Origin: Laetmonice hystrix
Lineage: Eukaryota
Direction of reading: 5' to 3'
NCBI GenBank assembly: GCA_965235115.1
Contig: OZ249436.1
Span: 2,668,001-2,732,000, forward strand
Length of the DNA: 64,000 nt
Each line of letters opens with the position of its first letter. The first letter of the stretch is position 1. This document shows, one piece after another, positions 12,693-25,300 of the stretch. Both the position numbers and the translations under genes were made by a program. Under the pieces are notes generated by a model, which worked only from the letters and a program-made list of their open reading frames with translations, was not told where the DNA came from and did no database searches.

Positions 12693-15600
12693 ATGTGGAT
12701 GATTTACTCTCTCGGGTTGGTGCTGGCACTGCACGCCATTCAGGGCGCAGGTGAGGATACTGCATACGGTATAGGCCTCACTTATGAGCGATTACTAGCC
12801 CAAGATAAAGATAGTGATTAGTGGCCTCACTTTGATATTTACTAATTTAGGTATAATCATCCTTACACTTTTGCCAGAGAAAACACATACAGAAACAACA
12901 TCCAAATAGAGGTTGCATGATCTCAACCTGCAGGTTACCTGAGGGTGTGTTACTACACGAACTGGTCTCAGTATCGGGCGGAGGGTATGAAATATTTCCC
13001 CGAAGATGTCGACCCCTCTCTCTGTACCCATGTTATCTACTGCTTTGCCGACATGATCGGCAACAAGTTGAAAGCGTTCGAATGGAACGACGAGTCCACT
13101 GACTGGATGAGGGGCATGTAAGTCTGAAATGCATCCATTATGTACGAAAGCCCAGAAGGCTCATTCAAAATTCAAAAATTGAACTTCAAAATTCAAAATT
13201 GAACATGAAAATTCAAAATTGACCTTTTGAGTTTTGAAGTTCAACTTTGAATTTTGAAGTTCAATTTTGAATGTTGAATGAACCTTCTGGGCTTTCGTAA
13301 TTATGACAGGCCCGTACGTAGGATTTTTTGTGGGAGGTGCGTGTCGTCTGAAAAGGAACCTTTGCGAATGATGACACAAGCGCCGTATGTGCAACGCCTT
13401 GGGGGAGAGGGCCCATATGCCTATCGATCTAAAATAAAGTCCCAATTAACTGGTGTGATCGTAGATTGCTCCGGAGGGGGTGGGGGTGGGGGTTGGCTGA
13501 TCTAGGCCTATTAGAATAGGGCTTAGATCTATCACTGACACTACAGTCCCGTTTAAGCCTTTTTTTAAATTATTTTTTATTAGGGTTTAAAGATTCAGCG
13601 AAAAGCTGGCCTTCCATCTTCTCCCTCGTAATCATACAATACACTGGCGGACAAGAGCTTACTTCATCAAAATATATAAACATTTAAACATAAGAAAAAA
13701 GTATAGATGATAATGAGATGAGATGATGAGATAATAGAGATGGCAGATTCACTTCTTAAACAAACCTTTACATGAGAACCTCATCTACTTGTACCCAGTA
13801 TTAATTATTTCCGTGTTATCTGTAAATTGGTCACCATCACTGAATGATTCAGGTACGAGAGAATGATGGACAACAAAGTCAAGTACCCAAGTCTGAAGGT
13901 CTTGCTGGCTGTCGGGGGCTGGAACTTTGGGACGGCCAAAATGACGGCGATGTTGGCGACACCTACCAACAGGAAAGAATTCCTCGATACGTCCATAGAA
14001 TTCCTCCGCAAACATAATTTTGATGGCCTCGATCTGGACTTCGAGTATCCCGGAAGTCGTGGCAGCCCGGCGGGGGACAAACAACGCTTCAGTGATCTCT
14101 GTCAAGTAGGGCCTAATTCTACACCATGATATGATCAGTCCTGCCTGGAAGGCAGTGGTTATTCTGCCGGCGTATGGATGGGTCTTATTGGATGATGTCT
14201 GAAGGCAGAATAGCGGATTATCTAATTAGTGCCCAAATAACAACAATTTTGGGACTAAGCCTAACCTTAACCCTAACCCAAACATATTGTTTCGTGTCGG
14301 TAATAAGTCAAACTAATTTACTTATTCTGCCGTCTGACGGCAGAATAACCACTGCATATCAGGAAACCAATGAAATAATTACTCATTAAAACATCTATGT
14401 CCTTCAGGAGTTGAAAGACGGGTTTATCAAGGAAGGCCAGGACACGGGTCGGCCTAGATTGTTACTAACGGCAGCGGTTGGGGCAGGCAAGTCCACTATT
14501 GAAGCCGGCTACGAGATCGGCAAGATATCTCAGTAAGCCTCATTTATTATTACCGACATGACAGTTCCATTTAGCACTGTTTCAATTTAAAACAGCTCAT
14601 CAACGGACGGGCCCGTGTGAATCCTTAGAACGGGCTCGTGTGAATCCTTAGGACAGGCCCGTGTGAATCCTTAGGATGGGCCTGTGTGAATCCTTAGGAC
14701 AGGCCCGTGTGAATCCTTAGAACGGGCTCGTGTGAATCCTTAAGACGGGCCCGTGTGAATCCTTAGGACGGGCCCGTGTGAATCCTTAGGACGGGCCCGT
14801 GTGAATCTTTAGGATGGGCCCGTGTGAATCCTTAGAACGGGCTCGTGTGAATCCTTAAGACGGGCCCGTGTGAATCCTTAGGACGGGCCTGTGTGAATCC
14901 TTAGGACGGGCTCGTGTGAATCCTTAGGACAGGCCCGTGTGAATCCTTAGGACGGGCCCGTGTGAATCCTTAGAACGGGCCCGTGTGAATCCTTAGAACG
15001 GGCTCGTGTGAATCCTTAAGACGGGCCCGTGTGAATCCTTAGGACGGGCCCGTGTGAATCCTTAGGACGGGCCCGTGTGAATCTTTAGGATGGGCCCGTG
15101 TGAATTCTTAGGACGGGCTCGTGTGAATCCTTTAGACGGGCTCGTGTGAATCCTTTAGACGGGCCCGTGTGAATCCTTAGGACGGGCTCGTGTGAATCCT
15201 TTAGACGGGCTCGTGTGAATCCTTTAGACGGGCCCGTGTGAATCCTTAGGACGGGTCCGTGTGAATCCTTAGGATGGGCCCGTGTGAATTCTTAGGACGG
15301 GCCCGTGTGAATCCTTAGGACGGGCCCGTGTGAATTCTTAGGACGGGCCCGTGTGAATCCTTAGCGGCAGCATCAGTCGTTATTGTTATTGTTATGAGTT
15401 GTTATATCTTCGTGTATCGCAGATCTCTAGACTTTATCAACCTGATGGCGTATGACCTGAACGGAGCCTGGAACAAATGGACCGGCCACAATTCTCCACT
15501 GTATGCGCGATCAGACGAGTCAGGTCTTAACGCAACCCTCAATATGGTAGGGCCTACATAAATCGATTTGTTGATTTGTCCGAGTTTGGGTGATGTTTCG

Positions 15601-18111
15601 GGGTGGGATTGTTATATTGCTTCACTTAAAACCCTTGAAGGTTCTATACGGAACAATATATTAGCTTTTCTTAATTCTATATATTTCTTTTATCTGTTTA
15701 ATAAAGTGATTAAGTAAGTAAGGAAATATCTGATTTAATAAAGTGAGTCTAGTTATAACATAATGCCATGCTTAATAATCAGTGGCGTATCCGAAAGTGT
15801 TCTAAGGGGGGTTTCCGAAGTTTAGGTACTTAGAGATGGCCATTAGGCCATGCTCCTCGGGTAAATTATAAAAAAAGACATCAAATAATGCAATCTAGGG
15901 ACATCTTGTGTGGAAATATGCAGGTTTCCTTTGGTTAAAATAATGCATTTTACACCCTTTTTTAACCAAAATGTCCTTAATATAGTACTGTATTCAAGGG
16001 GGGGGGGGGTCCGGGATACTTGGAACCCCCCCTAGATACGCCACTGATAATACATTGGCCCTATAGGTCTAAGTAAGTTGTGAGTTATCTAAAACATTAT
16101 CTTTGATCATTGCTCACCATACACTTTGGCTTTTGCTTATGATGGCTAGGATTGGGCGGCGAATTACTGGGCCGACCGGATGGTTGACAAGAGTAAGCTG
16201 GTGGTAGGCATGGGCCTTTACGGGCGTGCGATGGCTCTCAAAGACATCAACAACCACGGAATGGGCGCACCGATTAAAGGCCCCGCTCCTGCTGGGAAAT
16301 TCACCCGGGAAAAGGGCTTTTGGGCTTACTATGAGGTTTGTTGGTCCTTCTCCTTTTATACATGGCATAGGAGCAGGTCGAGATGACAGGGGAAGGGGGC
16401 AGTTACCCCTACCCCTTTAATATGACGGTTTTATCTTTGGGTTCTTTGCCCTAAATATAGCCCTAAAAAAGAAAAATTGCCTTTCATAATTTAGCCCTAT
16501 ATATTTGTCCCCGACAGTCTTTGGAAAAATGACACCCCCCCCCCCCCCCACGCCACTCCCTTGGAAAGTTTCTTGGGCTTTGAGAGAATAATACTGAACA
16601 GCCAGTACATATAGAAGGAACCTTTTCATATTATTTGCAGATATGCGCATGGATGGGTTCCGGCGAACTTAAAAGGGAATGGGAGGACGAGCACAGAGTA
16701 CCATACGCCTGGGGCACGGTGGGCTGGGGCGAACCGTCCTGGGTCGGGTATGATGACATTGAAAGCCTCAACATTAAGGTAATCCCATCCTCTAGAGCTA
16801 TTGCAATAGGTCAGTATGTATACTATTAACAATATTTTAAATTATATAATTATTATAATATATAAATCATCATCTAGCCTTAAAAACATATGTTATTATT
16901 GAAGGTTGATTGGGTCAAAACTAAGAATTACGGTGGTGTCATGGTGTGGGCATTGGATCTGGATGACTTTAACGGCAAGCAGTGCGGTCTGGGGACATAT
17001 CCTCTTCTCAAGGCCATAAACAACAGGCTTGGTGATTCACCATTGACATCGGTGAAACCTGCTACAACCACCAGGTAAGTTTTTGATTTCGAAATATGGC
17101 ATGAGCACAAAGACTGACATTGGCAATGACTGAGCACAAAGACTAACATTGGCAATGACTGAGTACAAAGACTAACGTTGGTAATGGCTGAGCACAAAGA
17201 CTAACATTGGCAATGACTGTGCACAAAGACTAACGTTGGCAATGACTGAGTACAAAGACTAACGTTGGTAATGGCTGAGCACAAAGACTAACATTGGCAA
17301 TGACTAAGCACAAAGACTAACGTTGGCAATGAATGGCTCCTCTCCCTGGCTCATTTTTCCTTGGCTGTTTTCTTGCAGGACCCTTTCCTCCTGTCTTTTT
17401 TTCCTATATATTTAAGATCATATACCTAGTGTATATCATATCTCCATCATCACCTTTCAGAAATACAGGTACGACGAAACTAGTGACGACGCCCACTCCT
17501 CCCCCAAGGCTCTCGACCACTCTTCCTGATGCTGAGAGTAAGTGGAAAAAAACAGTGCGGGGGTGGAAATGCTAGGCATGGGCCTAGCATGCCTAGCATG
17601 CCTAGCCTAGCATGGGCATGGGACTATCCAGGCGATTTTAGCATTACGAGTGCGCATGGTTTGTTTGGTAGCTGTGCGAGTCATGGTTCGTTGGATACTC
17701 AGTGGTAGCTGCGAGAGCACGTGGCTGGTTTGGTAGCCAAAACACACGACCCATCCCACAATGCACTGTTCGGTTGCAATGCTAAAATCGCTTATTGTCA
17801 TACGACTATGGATTCTCAGTATGAAATAGACAGTTAAACACAGACAACCCCACAATTGTTCATATAATATTGACACACGTACTATGTTTCAGGTTGCGCT
17901 GAAACAATTGTTCATATAATATTCACACACTTATGTTTCAGACTGCGCTGCAATGTGTTCTACTTTACCTCCGGGAGCTTACCCGCACCCTACCGGAAGC
18001 AAGAAGAAGTTTTGTATGTGTGCCCCTACTGGCGGCCAAGATCTGGACTGTCCCAAAGACACTGAGTTCGACCCAGACAAGGGATATTGCGACTGGGTTT
18101 CGTACAAATGA
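12693..18111 (+). CDS. GH18 chitinase 1 (secreted, chitotriosidase/acidic-chitinase-like, C-terminal chitin-binding domain), 494 aa
   Basis: Exons 12693-12750, 12934-13117, 13853-14105, 14408-14532, 15423-15546, 16150-16335, 16641-16778, 16905-17074, 17461-17537, 17942-18111; all GT-AG, 1485 nt in frame. Signal peptide [19 protein letters not shown]; motifs [48 protein letters not shown]. Confidence 0.95.
13143..13299. mobile_element. Small foldback/MITE in chitinase 1 intron
   Basis: TACGAAAGCCCAGAAGG / CCTTCTGGGCTTTCGTA inverted termini with mirrored TTCAAAA subrepeats. Confidence 0.7.
14139..14364. mobile_element. Small inverted-repeat element with a degenerate (CCCTAA)n tract
   Basis: 18-bp perfect inverted repeat GCAGTGGTTATTCTGCCG (14152-14169 / 14338-14355); internal CCTAACCTTAACCCTAACCC. 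Confidence 0.6.
14607..15364. repeat. 21-bp intronic minisatellite, ~36 units
   Basis: (GACGGGCCCGTGTGAATCCTTAG)-like unit; fills most of chitinase 1 intron 4. Confidence 0.95.
15780..16046. mobile_element. MITE, CAGTGGCGTA family, 5-bp TSD
   Basis: CAGTGGCGTATC / GATACGCCACTG TIRs flanked by ATAAT on both sides. Confidence 0.8.
17101..17332. repeat. 28-bp intronic minisatellite, ~8 units
   Basis: (TGAGCACAAAGACTAACATTGGCAATGAC)-like unit. Confidence 0.9.
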
Positions 18112-18256
18112 GGATTAAGGCCTTCGCCTGCCTCTGGTCTAACCATGGATAAATAAACTCCGTGCAACACAAGGACATGTGTTTGTCTCCATGCTAATTA
18201 TTGGTCTAATGCAAACTGGATCTTTGGTCACTTAAATACAAAACCGCCCGATTGCC

Positions 18257-18510
18257 AATGTAGCCACGCCCCTCCCGATAACAAGTTAATATAGCCACGC
18301 CCCCTCCCGATAACAAGTTAATATAGCCACGCCCCCTCCCGATAACAAGCCAATATAGCCACGCCCCCTCCCCGACAACAAGCCATAAACCACGCCCCCT
18401 TCCCGACAACAAACCATAAACCACGCCCCCTCCCCGACAACAAGCCATAAACCACGCCCCTCCCCGATAACAAACCATAAACCACGCCCTCTCCCCGACA
18501 ACAAGCCATC
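18257..18510. repeat. ~31-bp GC-box-rich minisatellite (paralog ~36150-36410)
   Basis: Repeated AAACCACGCCCCCTCCCCGACAACAAGCCAT. Confidence 0.85.
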
Positions 18511-19521
18511 AACCACCCGCATGGGCCGAGGGTGAGCAAGGGGGGCAGTTGACCCTGAATCGTCTGCTACCCCTGCGTTCACATAATATCATAATTAACC
18601 CCCCCCCCCCCCAAATAAAACAAATATATTCTGCAGACGCCCATGACCATACCTCCTCTTCGATAACAAGCCACGCCCCTATAAACAACGCCACTATAAT
18701 GGGTAATCAGTATTCCATTTCATATACGAATAGGCCTACGTAGTTTTGTGTAAACTCGCTGTATACACTGTTTAGTCGGTCGATTGCCCCGAACTAAGTA
18801 GAATCCGTGTATATGCGGGGTGTTTTTGCCAGGAATTATCAGACCATAATCAACCTCCCCGATAGTCAACCTCCCCGATAGTCAACCTCCGATTGCGTTC
18901 ATGTTTGCATGATTTCACAGAATGTAAGAGAGTTTGCGCCACGACACGACACGATTCCCTAGGGTCGTACGATTAATGAGTACCAGCTGACCTGTAATAT
19001 CTTTCATTTGTTTTCTTCTTGAGGTGAATTAAATCGCAGAATGTGAGAGCTTACACGCTGCGACACAAGCCGAACCGACAGCACACGATATCGCTTTTGA
19101 AAATTCGAAAGCTGAAGTCCAGTACCGCACTGGAAAGGGGGAGAAGAGTGGCGCTGTGCGGGTCTTCTTTTTAAAATGTTTTCCCAGAAATTATCTAAAG
19201 TATCCGATAATAGTTCAGGCCTATAGAAATGCCATATTACAGCACTTCATGGTCCATGTTGATCTTTACCTTAACCAGTTATACCCTGGCAATTTCATGG
19301 ATTTGAAAGTTGAATGAAGAAGCGGCCGGACGGAGAAGAAGAGGGAGAAGGGGAGAAGAAGGTATATTCAGTGGCTATAATCAGCTAACCCACGCTTACA
19401 TTGGGCCGTGAGTGATATGTAATCTGTGAGAGTGCTTTCCCCGAACGAACGAAGATTGCCGAAAGGACTCGAGTGTGAGAATGCAGCTAACTGTATCGGT
19501 ATGTACCACTTCCCGCACAAT

Positions 19522-20087
19522 TGTAGCAACCACGTTTGTCATTTTTACCACTTGTGTCACAGGTCACCACTTTTGTCACACAAAATGCCCACTTTTGTCA
19601 CAGGTCACCACTTTTGTCACACAAAATGCCCACTTTTGTCACAGGTCACCACTTTTGTCACACAAAATGCCCACTTTTGTCACAGGTCACCACTTTTGTC
19701 ACACAAAATGCCCACTTTTGTCACAGGTCACCACTTTTGTCACACAAAATGCCCACTTTTGTCACACAAAATGCCCACTTTTGTCACAGGTCACCACTTT
19801 TGTCACAAAATCGCCCACTTTTGTCGTTCTTAAGGACGTCCGTTTTGTCAAACTTGTCAAAAATGAAAATGTTCGGTGTGACCAAAGTGGGCAGAGTGGT
19901 GTGACAAAAGTCGTGGCCTTGACAAGTTTGACAAAACCGGTCAAAAAATTATGACTAAAGTCGTGTCCTCACAAAAGTGGGCGATTTTATGACAGGAGTG
20001 GTGACCTGTGACAAAAGTGGGCATTTTATGTGACAAAAGTGGTGACCTGTGACACAAGTGGTAAAAATGACCAAAGTGGTTGCTACA
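19522..20087. mobile_element. Foldback element with internal CACTTTTGTCAC tandem repeats (shorter paralog ~37427-37667)
   Basis: TGTAGCAACCAC / GTGGTTGCTACA termini, mirrored subrepeats. Confidence 0.75.
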
Positions 20088-20448
20088 CCAATAATGTGGT
20101 CAGCCATTTTAACCTCCTGTACGACACGCGGGAAAGGGCTAATGCAGATATGCTAAGGTATGTTTTGTCTTCTATTCTTAGATCACCCCCTTGGTAAACA
20201 CGTTACCTTGGGTGTTCGTATGCCTTGATATTATCTGCTTAGAGTTGCGGGCTCCAAATCTTATTTGATGCAAACCTATAATCTCAATGTGTTAACAAAA
20301 ATCATGCATCAATGTCTATATTGACAGGGAGAACTCACGAGTCGAGATAAGAATATCAGGACTGGGTAAAACCGGCTGTTAGAAATGATATCAAAAGATA
20401 TTAAATATAAAGATATTACAAGAGCAGGTGAGGAAATTCACATATTTA

Positions 20449-21481
20449 TCGGGTGAATAAAAAAAAACGCCCCGAACTTTAAACTTCAATATTTCAGAAA
20501 GTAATGATTGTAATTCAATGAAATTTTTCGTAATATCACTTCATGATGTTGTCTCTTAGTTGTTAATGTTACAACTGAATAGCTTAGATAATATTTCCGT
20601 GGGGCTAAAAACAAAAATCATTGTACAAAAACGCAATGCCGGGCTTTAGAGCCGCTTTCACATGCACACGGTTTGCGGCGTGCGGCCTGCGGTGTGCGTT
20701 TTTGCAGAAATGGAACAACTGAAAATAGATATAACCGTTCACATGCCCCCGGTTTGCGGTGTGCGGCGATTTACATTGGCTACATTATTAACAAAAACGC
20801 ACGCCGCATGCCGCACGCCGCACACCGAGCGAGTTATAGTCGCACCCGGAGTCCCTGGCCTCAAAGTAGAGTAGGTGGTCAATCGGTCCCCCGTTTTCAC
20901 TCCATACTGCTCGCAGTCTCTTTTTCCATGAGCCAATGCACTTTCTGATCTCTGATAGGGAAATATCTTCCCAACATTGGGAAATACGCAACGTTCTGAA
21001 TGTGTTGCTAAACGTGATAATGATACGATTTCACTTGAACTTCTCGTTACAGTCATATCATCCTAATGCTGCAGTTTCTGTGTAGGGTTTGGCACATTAA
21101 ACATCTGTTTTTCACAAAAGGTACTAGGAATAGCACATATTTTATTATATCTAGTGGTCCACAACATGATACATATTGTAAAACATGCAAAAACTAAATA
21201 TTGAATTTTTTACCCAAGGTACAATGCGGTGCATCAAAAAGGTGTCAAATTAGACACCTAGCAGCTGCATGATATTTGACCTAATTCCGGCATTGCTTTT
21301 TTAGACACTGATTTTTGTTCTGAGCGCCACGGGAATAATATCTAAGCTATTGTGCTGAAACTTTAAGATACTAGAGATAATATCATGAAGTGATATTAAG
21401 AAAAATTTTATTGAATTATACTGCATAGTTTTTGAAATATTAAAGTTTAAAGTTCGGGGCGTTTTTTTTTTATCCACCCGA
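20449..21481. mobile_element. Tc1/mariner-like non-autonomous element with ~190-bp imperfect TIRs
   Basis: TA-TCGGGTG...CACCCGA-TA; long inverted arms; absent from the paralogous site near 40820. Confidence 0.8.
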
Positions 21482-21538
21482 TATAACGTCGTATTTAAGC
21501 TAGCCTAGCTCGTCATGGTGCCGGTTCAGCTTGGTCGC

Positions 21539-22027
21539 AACGGTAAGTCAGGTACTTGTGAATGTTTCAGATGAACGGTAAGTTAGGTACTTGTGAATGT
21601 TTCAGATGAACGGTAAGTTAGGTACTTGTGAATGTTTCAGATGAACGGTAAGTTAGGTACTTGTGAATGTATCAGATGAACCGTAAGTCAGGTACTTGTG
21701 AATGTTTCAGATGAACGGTAAGTCAGGTACTTGTGAATGTTTCAGATGAACGGTAAGTCAGGTACTTGTGAATGTTTCAGATGAACGGTAAGTTAGGTAC
21801 TTGTGAATGTTTCAGATGAACGGTAAGTTAGGTACTTGTGAATGTTTCAGATGAACGGTAAGTTAGGTACTTGTGAATGTTTCAGATGAACGGTAAGTTA
21901 GGTACTTGTGAATGTTTCAGATGAACGGTAAGTTAGGTACTTGTGAATGTTTCAGATGAACGGTAAGTTAGGTACTTGTGAATGTTTCAGATGAACCGTA
22001 AGTTAGGTACTTGTGAATGTAACAGAT
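21539..22027. repeat. 35-bp minisatellite at putative 5'UTR donor of chitinase 2 (~14 units; ~9 units at 40875-41187)
   Basis: (GTAAGTTAGGTACTTGTGAATGTTTCAGATGAACG)n. Confidence 0.95.
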
Positions 22028-22374
22028 AACGACTTGCTAGACTTGCGTTTTTATTAAACTATACAAGGCTATAACACAAATCAGTCTTAAAATCCCAGTC
22101 TTAAGATTAGTAAAATGACGAACTAAAAACCGGGCTAAGGGGGTGCAGGGTTTTGTTTCCCTATAAGGTTATATAGAAATAGTGCATTTTGTTTATAGAA
22201 CATCAAAGATAGCCGTGTGTTCGGCTTGATACATTTTCAATGGCACCCGGGGTGTTTGATGCACCATTCGGGGTAGGCCCCTACCTGGCTATACCTCATT
22301 GCAATGTTTGAGTTGACAAATGATACACAAAATATGAACTGTAAACTGTTCCTCATTATACCAGGTCAAACAAA

Positions 22375-25300
22375 ATGACGATGCTGAGCGCTAGCCTACT
22401 CCTATTGGTCCTCTCGGTCGTGCATGGCACGGGTAAGCTCTTCAGTACTAGTGGATATCATACATGAAGGCACGGGCTCGATACTGGGTAAAGCCTCCGT
22501 CACACTTTCCCGGATTGCGCGCCGGGTCTTGCCAGATGGGGGCTGCGGGCGCATCCGGCATGATCCGTGGTCCGATCCGGCGTGATCCGGGATGTTCTGT
22601 AGCTACCCGTGGCAACCCGTACCGATCCGTAGCGGCCTTTCGATCCGTGGAAACGTTTTGAACATGTTAAAAACATTTTCGATTCCGACCACGGATAAAA
22701 ACTCCGTAGCGGACCCGTAGCAACCCGTAGATGACCCGTAGCAACCCGTAGACGATACGTAGCAACCCTTAGTGGACACTTAGCGCTTCCCTAGTAAGCC
22801 GTGATCACGTGATAGGTAGGTATTGGTACGTGTAGGAACGGATTACACCATGTATTGGCACGTATCCACTATGACTTGTTACGGGTTGCTACGGCGTGCT
22901 AAGGGTGGTACCCTACGTATCGGACGGGTTGGTATGGCTTGCTACGGGTTGCTACGAATCAAGGTGGCCAACGCGTGCGGTCACGGGGTGACGCTTGCCT
23001 ATATATTAGCGAGCATCCCAACCTGTTCAATCCGTAATAACCCGTCGGAGATACGTGACAGTCCGTAGTAATCCGTAGTGGAACCGCATCAACCCGTAAG
23101 AGAGCCGTAGTAAGCCGTAGTAAGTTATTCGTACCTATACGGAGTAGACTCGGGAAGCTATCTGTAACAATCCTTCACAACCCGTAAAAATGTCGTAGCA
23201 ACCCAAACTGGAGCCGTGTCAACCCTTATCAACCCGTTCTGGATACGGAGTTTCACGCATCATCGCCTTTGTAGGTCACGGAAGCTGCCGGATCGCCTTG
23301 TGCTACGGATCATTTCAAACCGTCGCGCGATCCGGGAAAGTGTGACGGGGGCTTAATGCCGGGATAATAATTATGCTCGAGGCGAATTACGTAACGGTGT
23401 GTTACTACACGAACTGGTCTCAATTATTACAGATTACGTAACGGTGTGTTACTACACGAACTGGTCTCAATTATTACAGATTACGTAACGGTGTGTTACT
23501 ACACGAACTGGTCTCAATTATTACAGATTACATAACGCTGTGTTACACGAACTGGTCTCAATTATTACAGATTACGTAACGGTGTGTTACATGAACTGGT
23601 CTCAATTATTACAGATTACGTAACGGTGTGTTACATGAACTGGTCTCAATTATTACAGATTACGTAACGGTGTGTTACTACACTAACTGGTCTCAATTAT
23701 TACAAATTACGTAACGATGTGTTACATGAACTGGTCTCAATTATTACAGATTACGTAACGCTGTGTTACTACACGAACTGGTCTCAATTATTACAGATTA
23801 CATAACGCTGTGTTACTACACGAACTGGTCTCAATTATTACAGATTACGTAACGCTGTGTTACTACACGAACTGGTCTCAATTATTACAGATTACGTGAC
23901 GCTGTGTTACTACACGAACTGGTCTCAGTTCCGCCCGGGGCCTATGAACTTTTACCCTGAAAAGGTCGATCCCTCTCTCTGCACCCACGTGATCTACGCC
24001 TTCGCCACCCTGGAGGGCAACGAATTGAAAGCAACCGAATGGAACGATGAGTCAACTGACGGGATAGTTGGAATGTAAGCGGCTAGTTTTCTATTGGAAT
24101 GTAAGCGGCTAGTTTTGATTGGAATATAAGCGACTAGTTTTTATAAGGTATTTAGGGAACTAATCACAACAGGCAGGTTGCGTATGTAGGGTCCTACAGG
24201 CAGGTGGCGTATGTAGGGTCCTTATCACTACAGTCAGGTGGAGTATATAGGGATCTAATCACTACAGGTAGGTGGGGTATTAAGGGGCCTAATCACTACA
24301 GGCAGGTGGGGTAGGCCTATATAGGGGAGTAATCACTACAGTCAGTTGGTCCCGTGTCAGTCGTGTTGCCGAATCGAATTGGGCGGAGACTGGGCGTGGC
24401 TTATGTTGTGATTGGCACTGCCTGTAGTGATTGGCACTGCCTGTAGTGATCGGCACTGCCTGTAGTGATTGGCACTGCCTGTAGTGATTGGCACTGCCTG
24501 TAGTGACTGGCACCGCCTGTAGTGATTGGCACTGCCTGTAGTGATTGGCACTGCCTGTAGTGATTGGCACTGCCTGTAGTGATTGGCACTGCCTGTAGTG
24601 ATTGGCACTGCCTGTAGTGGTAAAGAATAGCATCTACCCGAGGCTTATGTCGCTGTCCCAATCCGTTTGATAATGACGATTACGATTACGATTAACCCGT
24701 GATATTGTTACAGGTATGAGCGAATAATCAATCTGAAAGCCAGGTTTCCACACTTGAAGGTCCTCCTCGCTGTCGGAGGGTGGAGCTTCGGGACGGCCAA
24801 AATGACGGCCATGTTGGAGACTAAAACTAGCAGGGGAGAATTCGTCAGAACGTCCATAGAATTTCTCCGGAAACGGAACTTCGATGGCCTCGATCTGGAC
24901 TTCGAGTATCCCGGAAGTCGGGGAAGTCCCCCAGAAGACAAGGAACGCTTCAGTCTCCTCTGCCAAGTAATATGACCTTGTCACCAAATAATATGACCTT
25001 CTCACCAAGTATGACCTTGTCACTAAGTAATATGACCTTGTCACCAAATAATATGACCTTCTCACCGGGTATGACCTTGTCACTAAGTAATATGACCTTG
25101 TCACCAAATAATATGACCTTCTCACCAGGTATGACCTTGTCACTAAGTAATATGACCTTGTCACCAAATAATATGACCTTCTCACCGGGTATGACCTTGT
25201 CACTAAGTAATATGACCTTGTCACCAAATAATATGACCTTCTCACCAGGTATGACCTTGTCACTAAGTACAAAGTGTCAAACGTATGCAATATTTCAGGA

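Noticed and set aside
14020..14052. DFEYP instead of the common DWEYP in the catalytic motif
   Set aside because: Catalytic D-x-D-x-E residues are intact in all three genes; not evidence of inactive chitinase-like lectins.
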